The notes beneath the pieces were generated by a model. That model was not told the origin of the DNA and did no database searches. It was given only the letters and a program-made list of their open reading frames with translations. Shown here one piece after another: positions 44,041 through 54,018 of a stretch of 64,000 bases of DNA; position 1 is the stretch's first letter; every line of letters begins with the position of its first letter. The position numbers and the translations under genes were made by a program. This DNA is from a virus (lineage: Duplodnaviria > Caudoviricetes), in the IMG/VR virus record IMGVR_UViG_3300033075_001504, positions 12,001 to 76,000 of that record. The stretch is one strand, 5' to 3'.

Positions 44041-44523
44041 TCAGGTGACGACCGCCGCCTCGTTGGGCTCCTTGTAGATCGCGCAGGTGACCTGGAAGGT
44101 CTGGAGCGTGTTGTTGGCCATGCCCGCCATCGAGCGCGAGACCACGATGACCGGCCACACCTCGACGGTGTCGCCCGTGATCGGCTTGTGCAGGGCGCCC
44201 AGGCCGCCGAAGCGGCTGATGATGAAGAAGCCCTTGGTCTTGCGCGGCAGGGTGGTCCAGGCGGTGTCGGCCGTGTCGTCGCGGTAGAAGTCCGCGCTGA
44301 ACTGTGCCGAGCTGGTGCCGACCGTCGAGGTCTCGAACAGGGTGTCGAAGCTCGGCGTGGGGAGCACGTTGCCCTGGGTGCTGGCCGTGATGCTCATGGT
44401 GAACGGGGTCAGGTTCACCGCCGCCGTCACCTCGGCCGCAGTGGGCACGAGAGCGGCAGAGGCGATGCCGCCCGAGCTCGCGAACGCGATGTAGCTCGCG
44501 TCGTTCGGGATGATGCGGGCCAT
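44041..44523 (-). CDS. Major tail (tube) protein (160 aa)
   Basis: PTAAEVTAAVNLT, ADFYRDD, GDTVEVWPV, EPNEAAVV; position. Confidence 0.9.
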   Translation of the reverse strand: MARIIPNDASYIAFASSGGIASAALVPTAAEVTAAVNLTPFTMSITASTQGNVLPTPSFDTLFETSTVGTSSAQFSADFYRDDTADTAWTTLPRKTKGFFIISRFGGLGALHKPITGDTVEVWPVIVVSRSMAGMANNTLQTFQVTCAIYKEPNEAAVVT

Positions 44524-44526
44524 GGA

Positions 44527-44844
44527 TCAGTCCTCCTGCGGTGTTCCGCTGTCCTGATTCGATGATCCGGGGTCTGTCGAGTCTGCCGACTCCGGAGTTT
44601 CGATCGAAACCTCGGGCGCGGCCGGGACGACCTGGATGCCCAGGTCACCGACGGGCGCCACCTGCCCGGTCTGGATCGCGCGCTGCTCGAGCTCCCACTC
44701 GCTGAACCGACCGTCGTCCTGCACCGGAGGGCCCTCCGGCTTGTGCTCCCAGCCCAGCTCGGCCCAGGACTCCAGCGAGGTCCCGGAGACCTCGGACCAG
44801 CGGTCCAGCCCGGCGTGGTACACCCAGGTCTGCTCCTCGCTCAC
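44527..44844 (-). CDS. Acidic hypothetical protein (105 aa)
   Basis: GTGA overlap. Confidence 0.6.
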   Translation of the reverse strand: MSEEQTWVYHAGLDRWSEVSGTSLESWAELGWEHKPEGPPVQDDGRFSEWELEQRAIQTGQVAPVGDLGIQVVPAAPEVSIETPESADSTDPGSSNQDSGTPQED

Positions 44845-45311
44845 GACAACTCCCTGCTGACCCACACCTCGGCGGCGTCGGTCTGGATGTAGAAGGGCGG
44901 GTCGCTCTGATCCACCCTGACCACCCCGCCGATCGACGGGAAGGCCACCTTGATGATCTTGTAGTCCGGCCCCGAGGCGATCGGGACCACACTCCCCACG
45001 ATCCCAGCGATGGCAACCCTGACGAGGTCGGCGAAGTCCTCGATCTGGGTGTTCTGGATCGCGTAGTAGTTCAGCCCGTAGGGCAGGTGCCAGTCGTCCT
45101 GGCCGTAGTCCAGCGCCCCGGTGGAGAAGCTCGCGGTCTGCGGCGTGATGACGGTGTAGGGGGTGAAGATGCTGTCCGGTCCCGCCGGGGCGCCGTCGCG
45201 CCAGCCGCCCTCCTTGGGCAGCAGCGAGACCTCGGCGGGGAAGTCCGTGGAGCGGGCGGCGGCCAGGACCGCCTTGGTGATCGGTCCGCGCTGGAGCGGG
45301 GCGTGGCTCAT
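44841..45311 (-). CDS. Tail terminator (156 aa)
   Basis: PYTVI.. pattern; position after gp10-like gene. Confidence 0.75.
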   Translation of the reverse strand: MSHAPLQRGPITKAVLAAARSTDFPAEVSLLPKEGGWRDGAPAGPDSIFTPYTVITPQTASFSTGALDYGQDDWHLPYGLNYYAIQNTQIEDFADLVRVAIAGIVGSVVPIASGPDYKIIKVAFPSIGGVVRVDQSDPPFYIQTDAAEVWVSRELS

Positions 45312-45787
45312 CCGTTCGGACCCTTCGTGATCAGCAGTGCGCCCGCCTCGGCGAGCCGGTCGGCCACCCCGGCCAGCTCGACCTCGACCGCGCGGCGCAT
45401 GTAGCGCTTGGGCTTCACCCCGGGGTGCTTGACCTCCTGGGTGACCACCCGCCTGCCGTCCTTGGCGATGAAGGACAGCGCGGCGGCGTTCCGGGGCCGG
45501 ATGACGTAGTACGGCCCGGGCCACTCGCCCCGCGTCGCGGTACCGAACTCCTGGTAGGGGCCGTAGGGCACGGTGGGGCCGATGGTCGCCTGGGCGGGGC
45601 CGGTGAAGGTGACGTGGATCGAGTCGCGCAGCTTTCCGGTCTTGACCGGGGCGAACTGGCGCGCGGAGTTGGCGATGCCGGTGGCGGTCGCCCGGATCAC
45701 CTCGGCCGCGGCGCGTTCGATCCCCTGCCCCGAGGCGGCGGCCAGGTCGGCGGCCAGCGAGGTCAGGTCAGCGCTCGCGGCGGGCAT
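45308..45787 (-). CDS. HK97 gp10-like tail component (159 aa)
   Basis: APVKTGKLRDSI, YGPYQEFGT, HPGVKPKRYMRRA. Confidence 0.9.
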   Translation of the reverse strand: MPAASADLTSLAADLAAASGQGIERAAAEVIRATATGIANSARQFAPVKTGKLRDSIHVTFTGPAQATIGPTVPYGPYQEFGTATRGEWPGPYYVIRPRNAAALSFIAKDGRRVVTQEVKHPGVKPKRYMRRAVEVELAGVADRLAEAGALLITKGPNG

Positions 45788-45902
45788 CGAGCCACCTCGC
45801 GATCTGGTCGTAGGCGATGACGACGACGATCGCGACGCCGAACACCAGCGCGAAGGCGTAGGAGAAGGACTTGGTCCCCAGCCACAGCAGCTCGCCGATC
45901 AC
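45768..45902 (-). CDS. Small single-TM protein (44 aa), absent from track
   Basis: MIGELLWLGTKSFSYAFALVFGVAIVVVIAYDQIARWLDARRER; GTGA overlap. Confidence 0.5.
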   Translation of the reverse strand: MIGELLWLGTKSFSYAFALVFGVAIVVVIAYDQIARWLDARRER

Positions 45903-46348
45903 TCCCGGCCCTCCTGCTCCCAGTTGTTGGAGTCGCCCCAGGTCGTGCAGTAGAGCGCCCGGGTGCCCCGGATCGGGTTGCCGCCGTCCACCGAGACGAC
46001 CTGGAACACCCGGCCCACCAGGGACGGGTCGTGCTCGCAGGAGGTCACGGTGACGACGTCGTCCACCCGCGGGACCAGCGTGGTCCAGGCCGGGGTCTCG
46101 GCCGGGATGGAGATGGTCGTGGTGCGCAGCGGGATGCCCGCGTCGCCGATCACGGTGTCGCCCTGGCCGCCCAGGGAGTGGATGAACGCCTTGCCGGTGT
46201 AGACCGGCAGCGCGGTGCGCCCGGTGACCAGCAGCGTGGTGGAGTCGTAGCGCGGCGGGGAGTCCATCCGGGTGATGGTCACGGTGGTGTCCATGTCCAT
46301 CGTCGCGCGGCGCCGGGCCATCGCGCGCGCGTGCGCCACCCGGCTCAC
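45899..46348 (-). CDS. Head-to-tail stopper (DUF6093-like, 149 aa)
   Basis: TVTITR..VYTGKA..DDVVTVT..DPSLVGRVFQV. Confidence 0.75.
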   Translation of the reverse strand: MSRVAHARAMARRRATMDMDTTVTITRMDSPPRYDSTTLLVTGRTALPVYTGKAFIHSLGGQGDTVIGDAGIPLRTTTISIPAETPAWTTLVPRVDDVVTVTSCEHDPSLVGRVFQVVSVDGGNPIRGTRALYCTTWGDSNNWEQEGRE

Positions 46349-47154
46349 CACCAGCCTCCGGGATCGCCGTAGAGCGGGCTGACCGGGTCGGGGATGTCCG
46401 TGCCGCCGTAGTCCTGCCGCCCGGCGTAGCGGTTGTCGTGCATGCCCTTGTCGAAGGACAGCGGCTTGATCGACGGGTCGGGCTGCTCGTAGAGGTCGAT
46501 GTCGCCCGCGTCCGGGCCGCCGATGTCCTTGCGGGCCTGCATCGCGCGCAGCCGCATGGCGGCCGCCGCCCACTTCTCCTGGAGCTGCTCGAGCGCGACG
46601 ATGACCGCGTCGGAGGAGACGGTGACCTCGCCCGCGTAGCGCACCGAGAGGATCTCGGCGGCGGTGGCGGCGACCAGGATGTAGGAGGCGGTCACCGAGT
46701 ACCAGTCCGCGATGAGGAAGTCGAGCTCGGCGTCGCTCATCTGCGGGTCGTCGGGGTCGGTGTCCTGGAGGTAGTAGCGGACCTGGTCGCGCGGGCTGGA
46801 GGACGGGTTGCCCGAGTAGGTCCAGGTGCCCTGCGCCACCGAGGAGATCTGGAGCACCAGGTACCCGGTGTTGGGCACGGTGAGGACCAGCCCGGACGGG
46901 TAGGTGACCTCGTACCAGGCGGCGTAGAAGCCCGCGGAGACGGCGGCGTCCGAGGCCGTCCAGGCGTAGTCCACCACGCCGCCGGTGGCGTCCACGATGG
47001 TGCAGTCGCCGTTGATGACGATCCCGCTGGCGCCCTGGGCCTTGAACTTCACCCCCGTCGCGGTGGCGAGGTTGACCGGCACGCCGTCGAGCTCGAGGGT
47101 GCGGCGCTGGACCGGCATGCGGTCTCCGGCGCGCATCAGCAGGTCAGGTGCCAT
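46345..47154 (-). CDS. BppU-N-like domain fused to head-to-tail adaptor (269 aa)
   Basis: N: PVNLATAT..GVVDYAWTASD..YAAWYEVTYPSG..TVP; C: WTYSGNP..DQVRYYLQDTD..MSDAEL. Confidence 0.7.
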   Translation of the reverse strand: MAPDLLMRAGDRMPVQRRTLELDGVPVNLATATGVKFKAQGASGIVINGDCTIVDATGGVVDYAWTASDAAVSAGFYAAWYEVTYPSGLVLTVPNTGYLVLQISSVAQGTWTYSGNPSSSPRDQVRYYLQDTDPDDPQMSDAELDFLIADWYSVTASYILVAATAAEILSVRYAGEVTVSSDAVIVALEQLQEKWAAAAMRLRAMQARKDIGGPDAGDIDLYEQPDPSIKPLSFDKGMHDNRYAGRQDYGGTDIPDPVSPLYGDPGGWW

Positions 47155-47175
47155 GCCTTCATCGTCCCCTTCTCA

Positions 47176-50100
47176 TCAAGGCTTGCGGGCCCGGCTGCGC
47201 CCCTGCGGACCGCGCGCGGAGGTGGTGGGCAGGTCCTCGCGGGCCGCCGTGGTCTCGCCCTTGCCCGAGGCCCGGGACCGGCCGCCGCCCAGCGCGGTGG
47301 TGATCCGTCCGGCGAAGGCGACGAAGGTCGCCAGCGTGCGGGTGGCCACCGACCCGGCGAAGGACAGGCTCGACGCCAGGAGGACCGGGAAGCGGCGCCC
47401 GAAGGTCCCGGTGAAGCTCAGGGCGGCCGAGAGCTGGTAGGGGAACCGGCGGGCGAAGCTCCCGGCGAACAACAGGGCCGCAGAGAGCGCCTTCCCGGTC
47501 CGGCGGGTGATCGTCCCGGCGAGGCCCAGCGAGGCGCTCAGCGCCCGGCTGGTGGCCTTGGTGGTGGCCCCGGTGAAGGTCAGGGTGGCACTCAGCGCGC
47601 GGGCGGGCAGACGGCGGGCGATCGACCCCGCGAAGGACAGCGCGGCCGCCAGGGCGACGGGGAAGCGCCGGGCCAGGTTCCCCGTGAAACCGACCGCAGC
47701 GGACAGCCCCTTGCCCGTGCGCCGGGTCTGGGCGCCGGTGAAGGACAGCGCGGCGGTGAAGGCGCGGGGGAAGGCCCGCAGGAAGGAGCCGGTGAAGGAC
47801 AGCGCTCCGGCCAGTGCCTTGGACGTGCGGCGGGCCTGGGTGCCGGTGAAGGTGAGGGCGGCGCTCAGCACGAACGCGGTCCGGCGCAGCGCGAAGGCCC
47901 CGGCCAGCCCCAGGCTTGCAGCCAGCCGGGTCCTCACCGCCCGGGTCTGGGAGCCGGTGAAGGTGAGGGCGCCCGACAGGCTGCGGAAGAAGGTCTTGAC
48001 CGCGGTGAAGGTGCCGGTGCTGGTCAGCGTCGCGGTGAAGGCGCGAGCGGTGCGCCGCGCGGTCGAGCCGGTGAACGTCAGGGTCGCGGCCAGCGTGGCC
48101 GGGATGCGGCGGGCGATGCTGCCGGTGAAGGACAGCGCGGCGGTCATGGTCTTGCTGGTGCGCCGAACCTGCGACCCGGTGAACGACAGCGACGCGGTGA
48201 AGGCGCGCTGGAGGGCCTGTGCCCCCTGGTTGATCGTCCCGATGAACGAGAGCACTGCGGCCATCGCCTTGCCCACCGAGCGCGTCTGGGACCCGGTGAA
48301 GGAGAGCGCGGCGGCGAGGCCCTTGCCGGTCTGCTTGGCCGCCACCGACCCGGCGAAGGAGAGCGCCCCGGCCACCGATCGGGCGACCCGGCGGACCTGG
48401 GAGCCGGTGAAGGACAGGGCGGCGGTCATCGTCCTGCCGACCGAGCGGACCTGCGACCCGGTGAAGGTCAGCGCGCCCGCCACGCCCTTGCCGGTGCGCA
48501 GCGCAGCGGAGCCCGCGAAGGAGAGCGCCCCGCTGGCCGTCTTGCCGGTGCGACGCACCTGGCTGCCGGTGAAGGAGAGCGCGCCGCTCAGGGCCCGGGT
48601 CAGGGCCAGCCCGGAGAGCAGGTTTCCGGTGAAGGAGAGCGCCCCGCTCAGGCTGCGCGCGACCCGGCGCACCACCGACCCCGTGAAGGAGAGCGCGCCG
48701 GTGAGCAGCTTGGCGACGTTCCGCGTCACCGATCCGGTGAAGGACAGCGCGGCGGTCATGGCCTTGGCGGCGCTGCGCGCCAGGGCACCCGTGGAGGACA
48801 GTGCGCCCGACACCGCCTTGGCCGTGCGGCGCACGACGGAGCCGGTGAACGACAGCGCCCCGGCCAGCGGTCGGGTGGTCTGCTTGACCTGACTGCCGGT
48901 GAAGGAGAGCGCAGCGGTCAGCGTCTGGCTGAACGCGTGGCTGCCCGAGATGAAGCTCGTAGCCACTGCCCCGGCGAAGGAAAGCGCGGCGGCGAAGACG
49001 CGCGAGGACTGCTTGGCCACCACTCCGGCGAACGAGAGGACGGCGGTGGTCGTCTTGGCAGTGCGCCGGGCCTGGCTGCCTGTGAAGGTCAGCGTCGCCG
49101 CCACGCTCTTCCCGGTCCGGCGTGCCTGGGCTCCAGTGAACGACAGCGCGGCGCTCAGCGCCTTGGGGAAGGCGCGCAGCACCGCCCCGGTGAAGGTGAG
49201 GGTGGCCGCGAGCGCCCGAGCGGTCCGCTTGGCCACCGCCCCGGTGAAGGACAGCGCGCCTGCGACCGCCTTGGAGACCGAGCGGGCGACGGCACCGGCG
49301 AAGGAGAGTGCGGCGCTCGTGCGCTTCTGCGTCTGACGGACCAGGGGCGTGCCGCCACTGAGCCCCGAGGTCCCCGCGGCGTAGAGGTTGGCGATCTCGG
49401 TCGAGGACAGCGCCCGGTCCCACAGCGCCCACCCAGCCTGGGTGCCATCGGTCGTCGCCGAGGTGTCCCACTGGTGGTTGAGGTAGATGGTGGACTGGGT
49501 CCAGGCGCTGGCGGGGGTGGCGCCGACCGTGCCCTCGGACGCCCCCTGGACGTAGAGGGTGACGAACGAGGAGACGCCGGTGAGGTTGTTGATCGTCCCC
49601 GCCACGAAGTAGGTCTGCCCGGTCGTGATCGTCGTGGTCCCCGTCGCCACGCGCCAGGCGCCCCCGTCGAACATGCCTGCGGTGAAGACCGAGCTCCCGC
49701 CGCCGCTCGCGTGACCGACCCAGAGCGGGATGCTCGACCCCGACGCCCACCCCAGACCGCAGAGGAACGGGTCGGCGGCGTTGTCGGTGCACTTCCACCA
49801 GCCCGCGAACGTCAGCGCGGTCCAGGACGCAGGCGCGGACGTGGCCACGGTGGCGTAGGTACCGCTGCTCGACGGGAACCGGACCGCGCCGCCCCCGCCG
49901 CTGTAGATCGCCGCCTGCCCCAGGGTGGGACCGCTCTGGTAGGTGCCGTTCGTGCCCAGGGACCCCGAGTCCGTCATGGTCGTGCCGGACGGCTCGTCCA
50001 TCTTGTAGAAGAACTTCGGGGCCAGCGCCAGCACCGCAGCGTTGTAGGCGATGGAGTTGAAGGACAGGGCGCCGCTCAGGGACCGGGAGAAGAAGCGGCT

Positions 50101-51702
50101 CGAGGCGAACGAGCCGGTGAAGGAGAGAACTCCTGCGACGGTCTTGGCCGTCCGACGGGCCTGGGCCCCGGTGAAGGAGAGCACTCCCGCCACGGCCTTC
50201 CCGGCACGGCGGGTCTGGCTGCCGGTGAAGGACAGCGCACCGGCCAGGGCGCGACCGGGCAGGCGCAGGAAGGCACCGACGAAGGCCAGCGAGGCCGCCA
50301 GGGCGCGGGCGGTCCGCTTGGCCGTCGATCCCGTGAAGGACAGGGCGGCGGCCGCCAGCGTCTTGGCCGTGCGGAAGGCGTCGCTGCCCGTGAAGGAGAG
50401 CGCGGCGGTCTGCTTCTTGGAGACCTGGGTCTCGAGCAGTCGGCGCATCGAGACGTTGTCCACCCAGGTGAGCTCGCCCCCGGTGGTCGCGTCGGCGTTG
50501 ATGAAGCCCAGGAAGGCTCCGCCGCCGGTGAAGCCCAGGCCGCCGGTAGGGGTGATGTAGCAGCCGATGGTCTCCCAGGTGTTGGCCGTGCCGCTCGTGG
50601 TGGCCGACAGCCCCGGCGCGGCGGAGATGAACAGCGCACCGAACAGGTCGGCGAGCTGGACGCGCTTGGTGGTGTTGCTCCGGACCCGGGCGGTGACCAG
50701 GTAGACGCCGTTGTCCAGGATGTCGGGCGGGATGTTGGTGATCACGGCCGCGCCGGAGTTCCCGGCGGACGCGGCGGGCCAGGTGAGCTGGTAGGAGTAG
50801 GTCCCGGTGTCCACCTGGGCGGTGGACTGGTCGAACGCGGTGAGCGCGGTCAGCCCGATGATGGCCCCGGTCCAGCCCACACCGCCCTCGTGGGCCAGGT
50901 CGTACTCGGCGGTGCGGTCCTTGGTGCGGATGGCCTGGTTGAACTCCAGGATCGAGGACAGCGCCTGGTTGTAGTTGTTGGCGGTCGCGGCCGGGAGGAT
51001 GGCCACGCCGATGGCCGCGTGCTCGTCGGAGGCGGCCCAGGACCACGACAGGTTCTGGTCGGTGTAGCGCCACGAGCAGACGTAGGACATGTTGCTCGAC
51101 GTGCCGCAGATGTAGCTCGCCAGGTCGAGCTGGGTGACGGCCCGGGTCGCTCCGGTGGTGGACCGGGCGGACTCGATGCCCAGGAACAGCGCACCGGGGA
51201 CCAGCGTGGGGGTCAGGGTGTCCGACGTGCCGGTGGTTGCCGCGTTCTTGATCGCGGTGGCCAGCGGGGTGGTCGCGCTGGCCTTGTAGAAGGAGACCGC
51301 GGTGGCGGCGGTCGGGATCACGCCCGAGTTGGTGACCACCACGTTGCCGGTGGCGGCAGTGGGGCTGGTCAGGTACCAGACCTCAGCCCGGCGGTTCGAC
51401 GCGTTGGCCGAGGAGAGAACGGTGTCCCACTTCGTCAGCGCCGTCCCGTTCCAGGTGACGCCCGTGGTGGTCTGCGCGCCGTTGGGTCCGGTCGCCACCT
51501 CTACCACGACGAGGTTTGCCCCGGTCGGGACGGTCAGCGACCAGCTCGCGGAGTTGGTCGAGACCCCGGAGGGGTAGGAGGAGAACGAGGCGATCTCGAC
51601 GGTCTCGTGCAGGAAGCCAGTCCCGTAGTAGGCCTCCGGGACGGAGAGCGGGTACCAGCCCGCGTACTTGAGGGTCGGCTCGAAGACCTCGCGGAGGGCC
51701 AC
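47176..51702 (-). CDS. Long repeat-rich fibre protein with lectin-like inserts (1508 aa)
   Basis: ~44 copies of [AG]ALSF[TA]G[SA] at ~18-aa period; LamG-like insert (FYKMDEPSG..TFAGWWK..YFVAGT..TLYVQG..WDRALSSTEIANLY). Confidence 0.85.
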   Translation of the reverse strand: MALREVFEPTLKYAGWYPLSVPEAYYGTGFLHETVEIASFSSYPSGVSTNSASWSLTVPTGANLVVVEVATGPNGAQTTTGVTWNGTALTKWDTVLSSANASNRRAEVWYLTSPTAATGNVVVTNSGVIPTAATAVSFYKASATTPLATAIKNAATTGTSDTLTPTLVPGALFLGIESARSTTGATRAVTQLDLASYICGTSSNMSYVCSWRYTDQNLSWSWAASDEHAAIGVAILPAATANNYNQALSSILEFNQAIRTKDRTAEYDLAHEGGVGWTGAIIGLTALTAFDQSTAQVDTGTYSYQLTWPAASAGNSGAAVITNIPPDILDNGVYLVTARVRSNTTKRVQLADLFGALFISAAPGLSATTSGTANTWETIGCYITPTGGLGFTGGGAFLGFINADATTGGELTWVDNVSMRRLLETQVSKKQTAALSFTGSDAFRTAKTLAAAALSFTGSTAKRTARALAASLAFVGAFLRLPGRALAGALSFTGSQTRRAGKAVAGVLSFTGAQARRTAKTVAGVLSFTGSFASSRFFSRSLSGALSFNSIAYNAAVLALAPKFFYKMDEPSGTTMTDSGSLGTNGTYQSGPTLGQAAIYSGGGGAVRFPSSSGTYATVATSAPASWTALTFAGWWKCTDNAADPFLCGLGWASGSSIPLWVGHASGGGSSVFTAGMFDGGAWRVATGTTTITTGQTYFVAGTINNLTGVSSFVTLYVQGASEGTVGATPASAWTQSTIYLNHQWDTSATTDGTQAGWALWDRALSSTEIANLYAAGTSGLSGGTPLVRQTQKRTSAALSFAGAVARSVSKAVAGALSFTGAVAKRTARALAATLTFTGAVLRAFPKALSAALSFTGAQARRTGKSVAATLTFTGSQARRTAKTTTAVLSFAGVVAKQSSRVFAAALSFAGAVATSFISGSHAFSQTLTAALSFTGSQVKQTTRPLAGALSFTGSVVRRTAKAVSGALSSTGALARSAAKAMTAALSFTGSVTRNVAKLLTGALSFTGSVVRRVARSLSGALSFTGNLLSGLALTRALSGALSFTGSQVRRTGKTASGALSFAGSAALRTGKGVAGALTFTGSQVRSVGRTMTAALSFTGSQVRRVARSVAGALSFAGSVAAKQTGKGLAAALSFTGSQTRSVGKAMAAVLSFIGTINQGAQALQRAFTASLSFTGSQVRRTSKTMTAALSFTGSIARRIPATLAATLTFTGSTARRTARAFTATLTSTGTFTAVKTFFRSLSGALTFTGSQTRAVRTRLAASLGLAGAFALRRTAFVLSAALTFTGTQARRTSKALAGALSFTGSFLRAFPRAFTAALSFTGAQTRRTGKGLSAAVGFTGNLARRFPVALAAALSFAGSIARRLPARALSATLTFTGATTKATSRALSASLGLAGTITRRTGKALSAALLFAGSFARRFPYQLSAALSFTGTFGRRFPVLLASSLSFAGSVATRTLATFVAFAGRITTALGGGRSRASGKGETTAAREDLPTTSARGPQGRSRARKP

Positions 51703-51715
51703 CGCCTACCCTCCC

Positions 51716-53050
51716 TCAGTACGTGTAGACGATGCAGTACCCCGCGCCGCCTGTGCCACCAGCCCCGCCGAGACCGGGGTTCATCCCGGCCCCACCGCCG
51801 CCGCCACCACCGCCGCCCACGCCACCGGCACCACCTGCACCGCCAGAGGTCGAGGCCGTGACGGTCGTTCCGCCACCACCGCCGCCGGAGCCGCCACGGG
51901 CCGACGTTGCGCCAGCACCGGCAGCACCCGCGGTCGGGGATGCACCATCGGTGCCGACAGAGCCGCCACCGCCAGCCGCGTAGGTGCCGCCGGAGTTGCC
52001 GCCCGCGCCGCCCGCGACGTTGGACGGGGTTGCGGAGTGCGAACCGCCTGCCCCGCCACCGCCACCGCCACGGAGCGAGGAACCACCGAGGGACGACGCC
52101 ACCGGGGTAGCCGCGATGCCCGCGCCGCCTGCGCCACCACCTTCAGCGTTGGCGGTGGTGGACACAGCAGCAGTTCCGGTGACCCCGGCGCCACCCGTTC
52201 CGTTGGTCGCGGCAGTGGGCAGACCGCCCGTACCACCAGCGGTCGTGCCCGTGCCGCCGGGACCTCCTACACCGCCACCACCGCCGCCGCCGGTCACAGC
52301 AGCGGAGATCGCGCCACCGGCGCCACCTCCGCCGCCGTAGGCGGTGAGGAATGAGCCGAACGTCGTGTTGCCCCCGACACCGCCGCTTCCGCCCGCGGCA
52401 CCAGCCGCGCCGGGTGCTCCTGCGGTACCCCCTGTGCCCACGGTCACCGTGACGGTCGCGCCGAGATCGGACGCGGCGAACACGCCGCGGCGCCATGCAC
52501 CGCCACCGCCACCGCCGCCGCCCTTGGCGACGACTGCCGTCGCCAGCGAGGCACCCGCACCGCCACCGCCGCCTGCGCCGATCGCCTCCACGATGACGAC
52601 CTGGGCGCCCGCGGGCTTGGTCCAGGTGCCGCCCGTTCCGGAGAACACCTGGACGTTGGCGATGCCCGCGTCGCCGGGCGCCACCGGGAGCCCCGCGGCG
52701 TTGAACCGGGCGAAGCCGGTGGCTTCGTGGTAGTGGATCGCCTCGCCCGCGGCCAGGGTGGTCTTGTAGACGTCCTGCGCGTTGGTGCCATCGGTGTGGG
52801 TGACGGTGATGTCGTTGGCCACCGAGGCGTGGACGTTGCGGATCAGCAGTGTCTGGACGGTTCGGTAGGTCGAGGCAGCCGGGGAGCCCACCACCGTCGT
52901 GGTGGTCGCCGTGGTGATGGCGGCCGTGTTCGTCCGGCCCGGAGTGATCGCCCCCGCGGCGTTGTCCACCCAGGACGCGTGCACGTCGACATCGCCCGCC
53001 GCCGACGTGGTGACGCGGAGCAGGTCCGAGGTCGAACCCAGGATGAGCAT
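51716..53050 (-). CDS. Glycine-rich virion fibre protein (444 aa)
   Basis: TWTKPAGA..VEAIGAGGGGG..TAYGG, GAGYCIVYTY end. Confidence 0.8.
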   Translation of the reverse strand: MLILGSTSDLLRVTTSAAGDVDVHASWVDNAAGAITPGRTNTAAITTATTTTVVGSPAASTYRTVQTLLIRNVHASVANDITVTHTDGTNAQDVYKTTLAAGEAIHYHEATGFARFNAAGLPVAPGDAGIANVQVFSGTGGTWTKPAGAQVVIVEAIGAGGGGGAGASLATAVVAKGGGGGGGGAWRRGVFAASDLGATVTVTVGTGGTAGAPGAAGAAGGSGGVGGNTTFGSFLTAYGGGGGAGGAISAAVTGGGGGGGVGGPGGTGTTAGGTGGLPTAATNGTGGAGVTGTAAVSTTANAEGGGAGGAGIAATPVASSLGGSSLRGGGGGGAGGSHSATPSNVAGGAGGNSGGTYAAGGGGSVGTDGASPTAGAAGAGATSARGGSGGGGGGTTVTASTSGGAGGAGGVGGGGGGGGGAGMNPGLGGAGGTGGAGYCIVYTY

Positions 53051-53078
53051 GTGGCTCCTCCCCGGAGCGGGAGGAGGA

Positions 53079-53966
53079 TCAGCCGCCCGAGTTGATGGCG
53101 AGGGTGTAGGTGAACTGGATCGAGTCGCCGTTGTTGACGTTGATCGCCGCGAACTGCTTGCGGTCCCAGAGCACCGGCTTGAGCGTGAAGGCCTCGGTGC
53201 CGCCCGGGGTGGTGGCCGCCGTGCCGTCCGCCTTCTTGTACCAGGCCGGGATAGTCATCACCGAGGTGGTGTTGGACAGCACCAGGCCGTAGGCGTCCGT
53301 GGTGCCCGAGGCGACGATGAGGGACTGCGGGGTGCCCTTGACCGTCGTGCTCGACGCCGTGTACGGCGTGCCCGTCGCGGTGGCCGAGGTGGCGGTGGTG
53401 GCGGTGAACGGCGTGCCCGTGGTGGCCGAGAGGGTGGCCGCGTTGTGCAGGCCCCACTCGGTGATGGCCAGGGTGCTGGTGTAGTTGACCGTCGCGATGT
53501 TGCGGTAGGACTGCGAGTTGGCCGCCGAGACCAGGCTCTGCGCGCCGGTGACGGCGGTGGTCGTGGTCGGCGCGGCCAGGGTCTGGAGCACCACGTCGGT
53601 GGCTGCCGCGGCATTGGTGCCGGTGCCGGTCGCGTGGAAGTTGGCCAGCGCGAGAGTGGCCTGCGGAGCGGCGGAGACACCGGCCCAGGCGAAGTCGTTG
53701 GCCATCGACAGGACGCCGACGTTGGTCACCGCACCCGAGCCGAGGTCGTACTCGTGGATGAGCTTGCCGTCGCCGTCGAAGTGCCGGGCGGTGGTGTTGG
53801 TCGAGAACCACTCCTTGGAGAACAGGGTGGACTCGCCCTTGTCCTTCGTGAAGTAGATGCGACCGAACGGCGTGCGGATGCCGCGCGCCTTGTGGAGCTT
53901 CGGCGAGCGCAGGACATCGGCGACCAGGTCGCCCGACATCCCGACCGTGGCGTCGATGCCGCTCAT
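53079..53966 (-). CDS. Virion structural protein (295 aa)
   Basis: FHATGTG..AITEWGL..LWDRKQFAAINVNNGDSIQFTYTL. Confidence 0.75.
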   Translation of the reverse strand: MSGIDATVGMSGDLVADVLRSPKLHKARGIRTPFGRIYFTKDKGESTLFSKEWFSTNTTARHFDGDGKLIHEYDLGSGAVTNVGVLSMANDFAWAGVSAAPQATLALANFHATGTGTNAAAATDVVLQTLAAPTTTTAVTGAQSLVSAANSQSYRNIATVNYTSTLAITEWGLHNAATLSATTGTPFTATTATSATATGTPYTASSTTVKGTPQSLIVASGTTDAYGLVLSNTTSVMTIPAWYKKADGTAATTPGGTEAFTLKPVLWDRKQFAAINVNNGDSIQFTYTLAINSGG

Positions 53967-54018
53967 GTGCTTTCTCCTTCGTGAGGCTCTGTCTCGATCG
54001 TAGGTAGCCCGGCAACCC

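Noticed and set aside
46438-51861. Very long plus-strand ORFs (46438..51861, 38346..42608, 12002..14719, 55778..57844, 61684..63996 and similar)
   Set aside because: Antisense shadows of real genes in high-GC DNA, with no recognisable motifs
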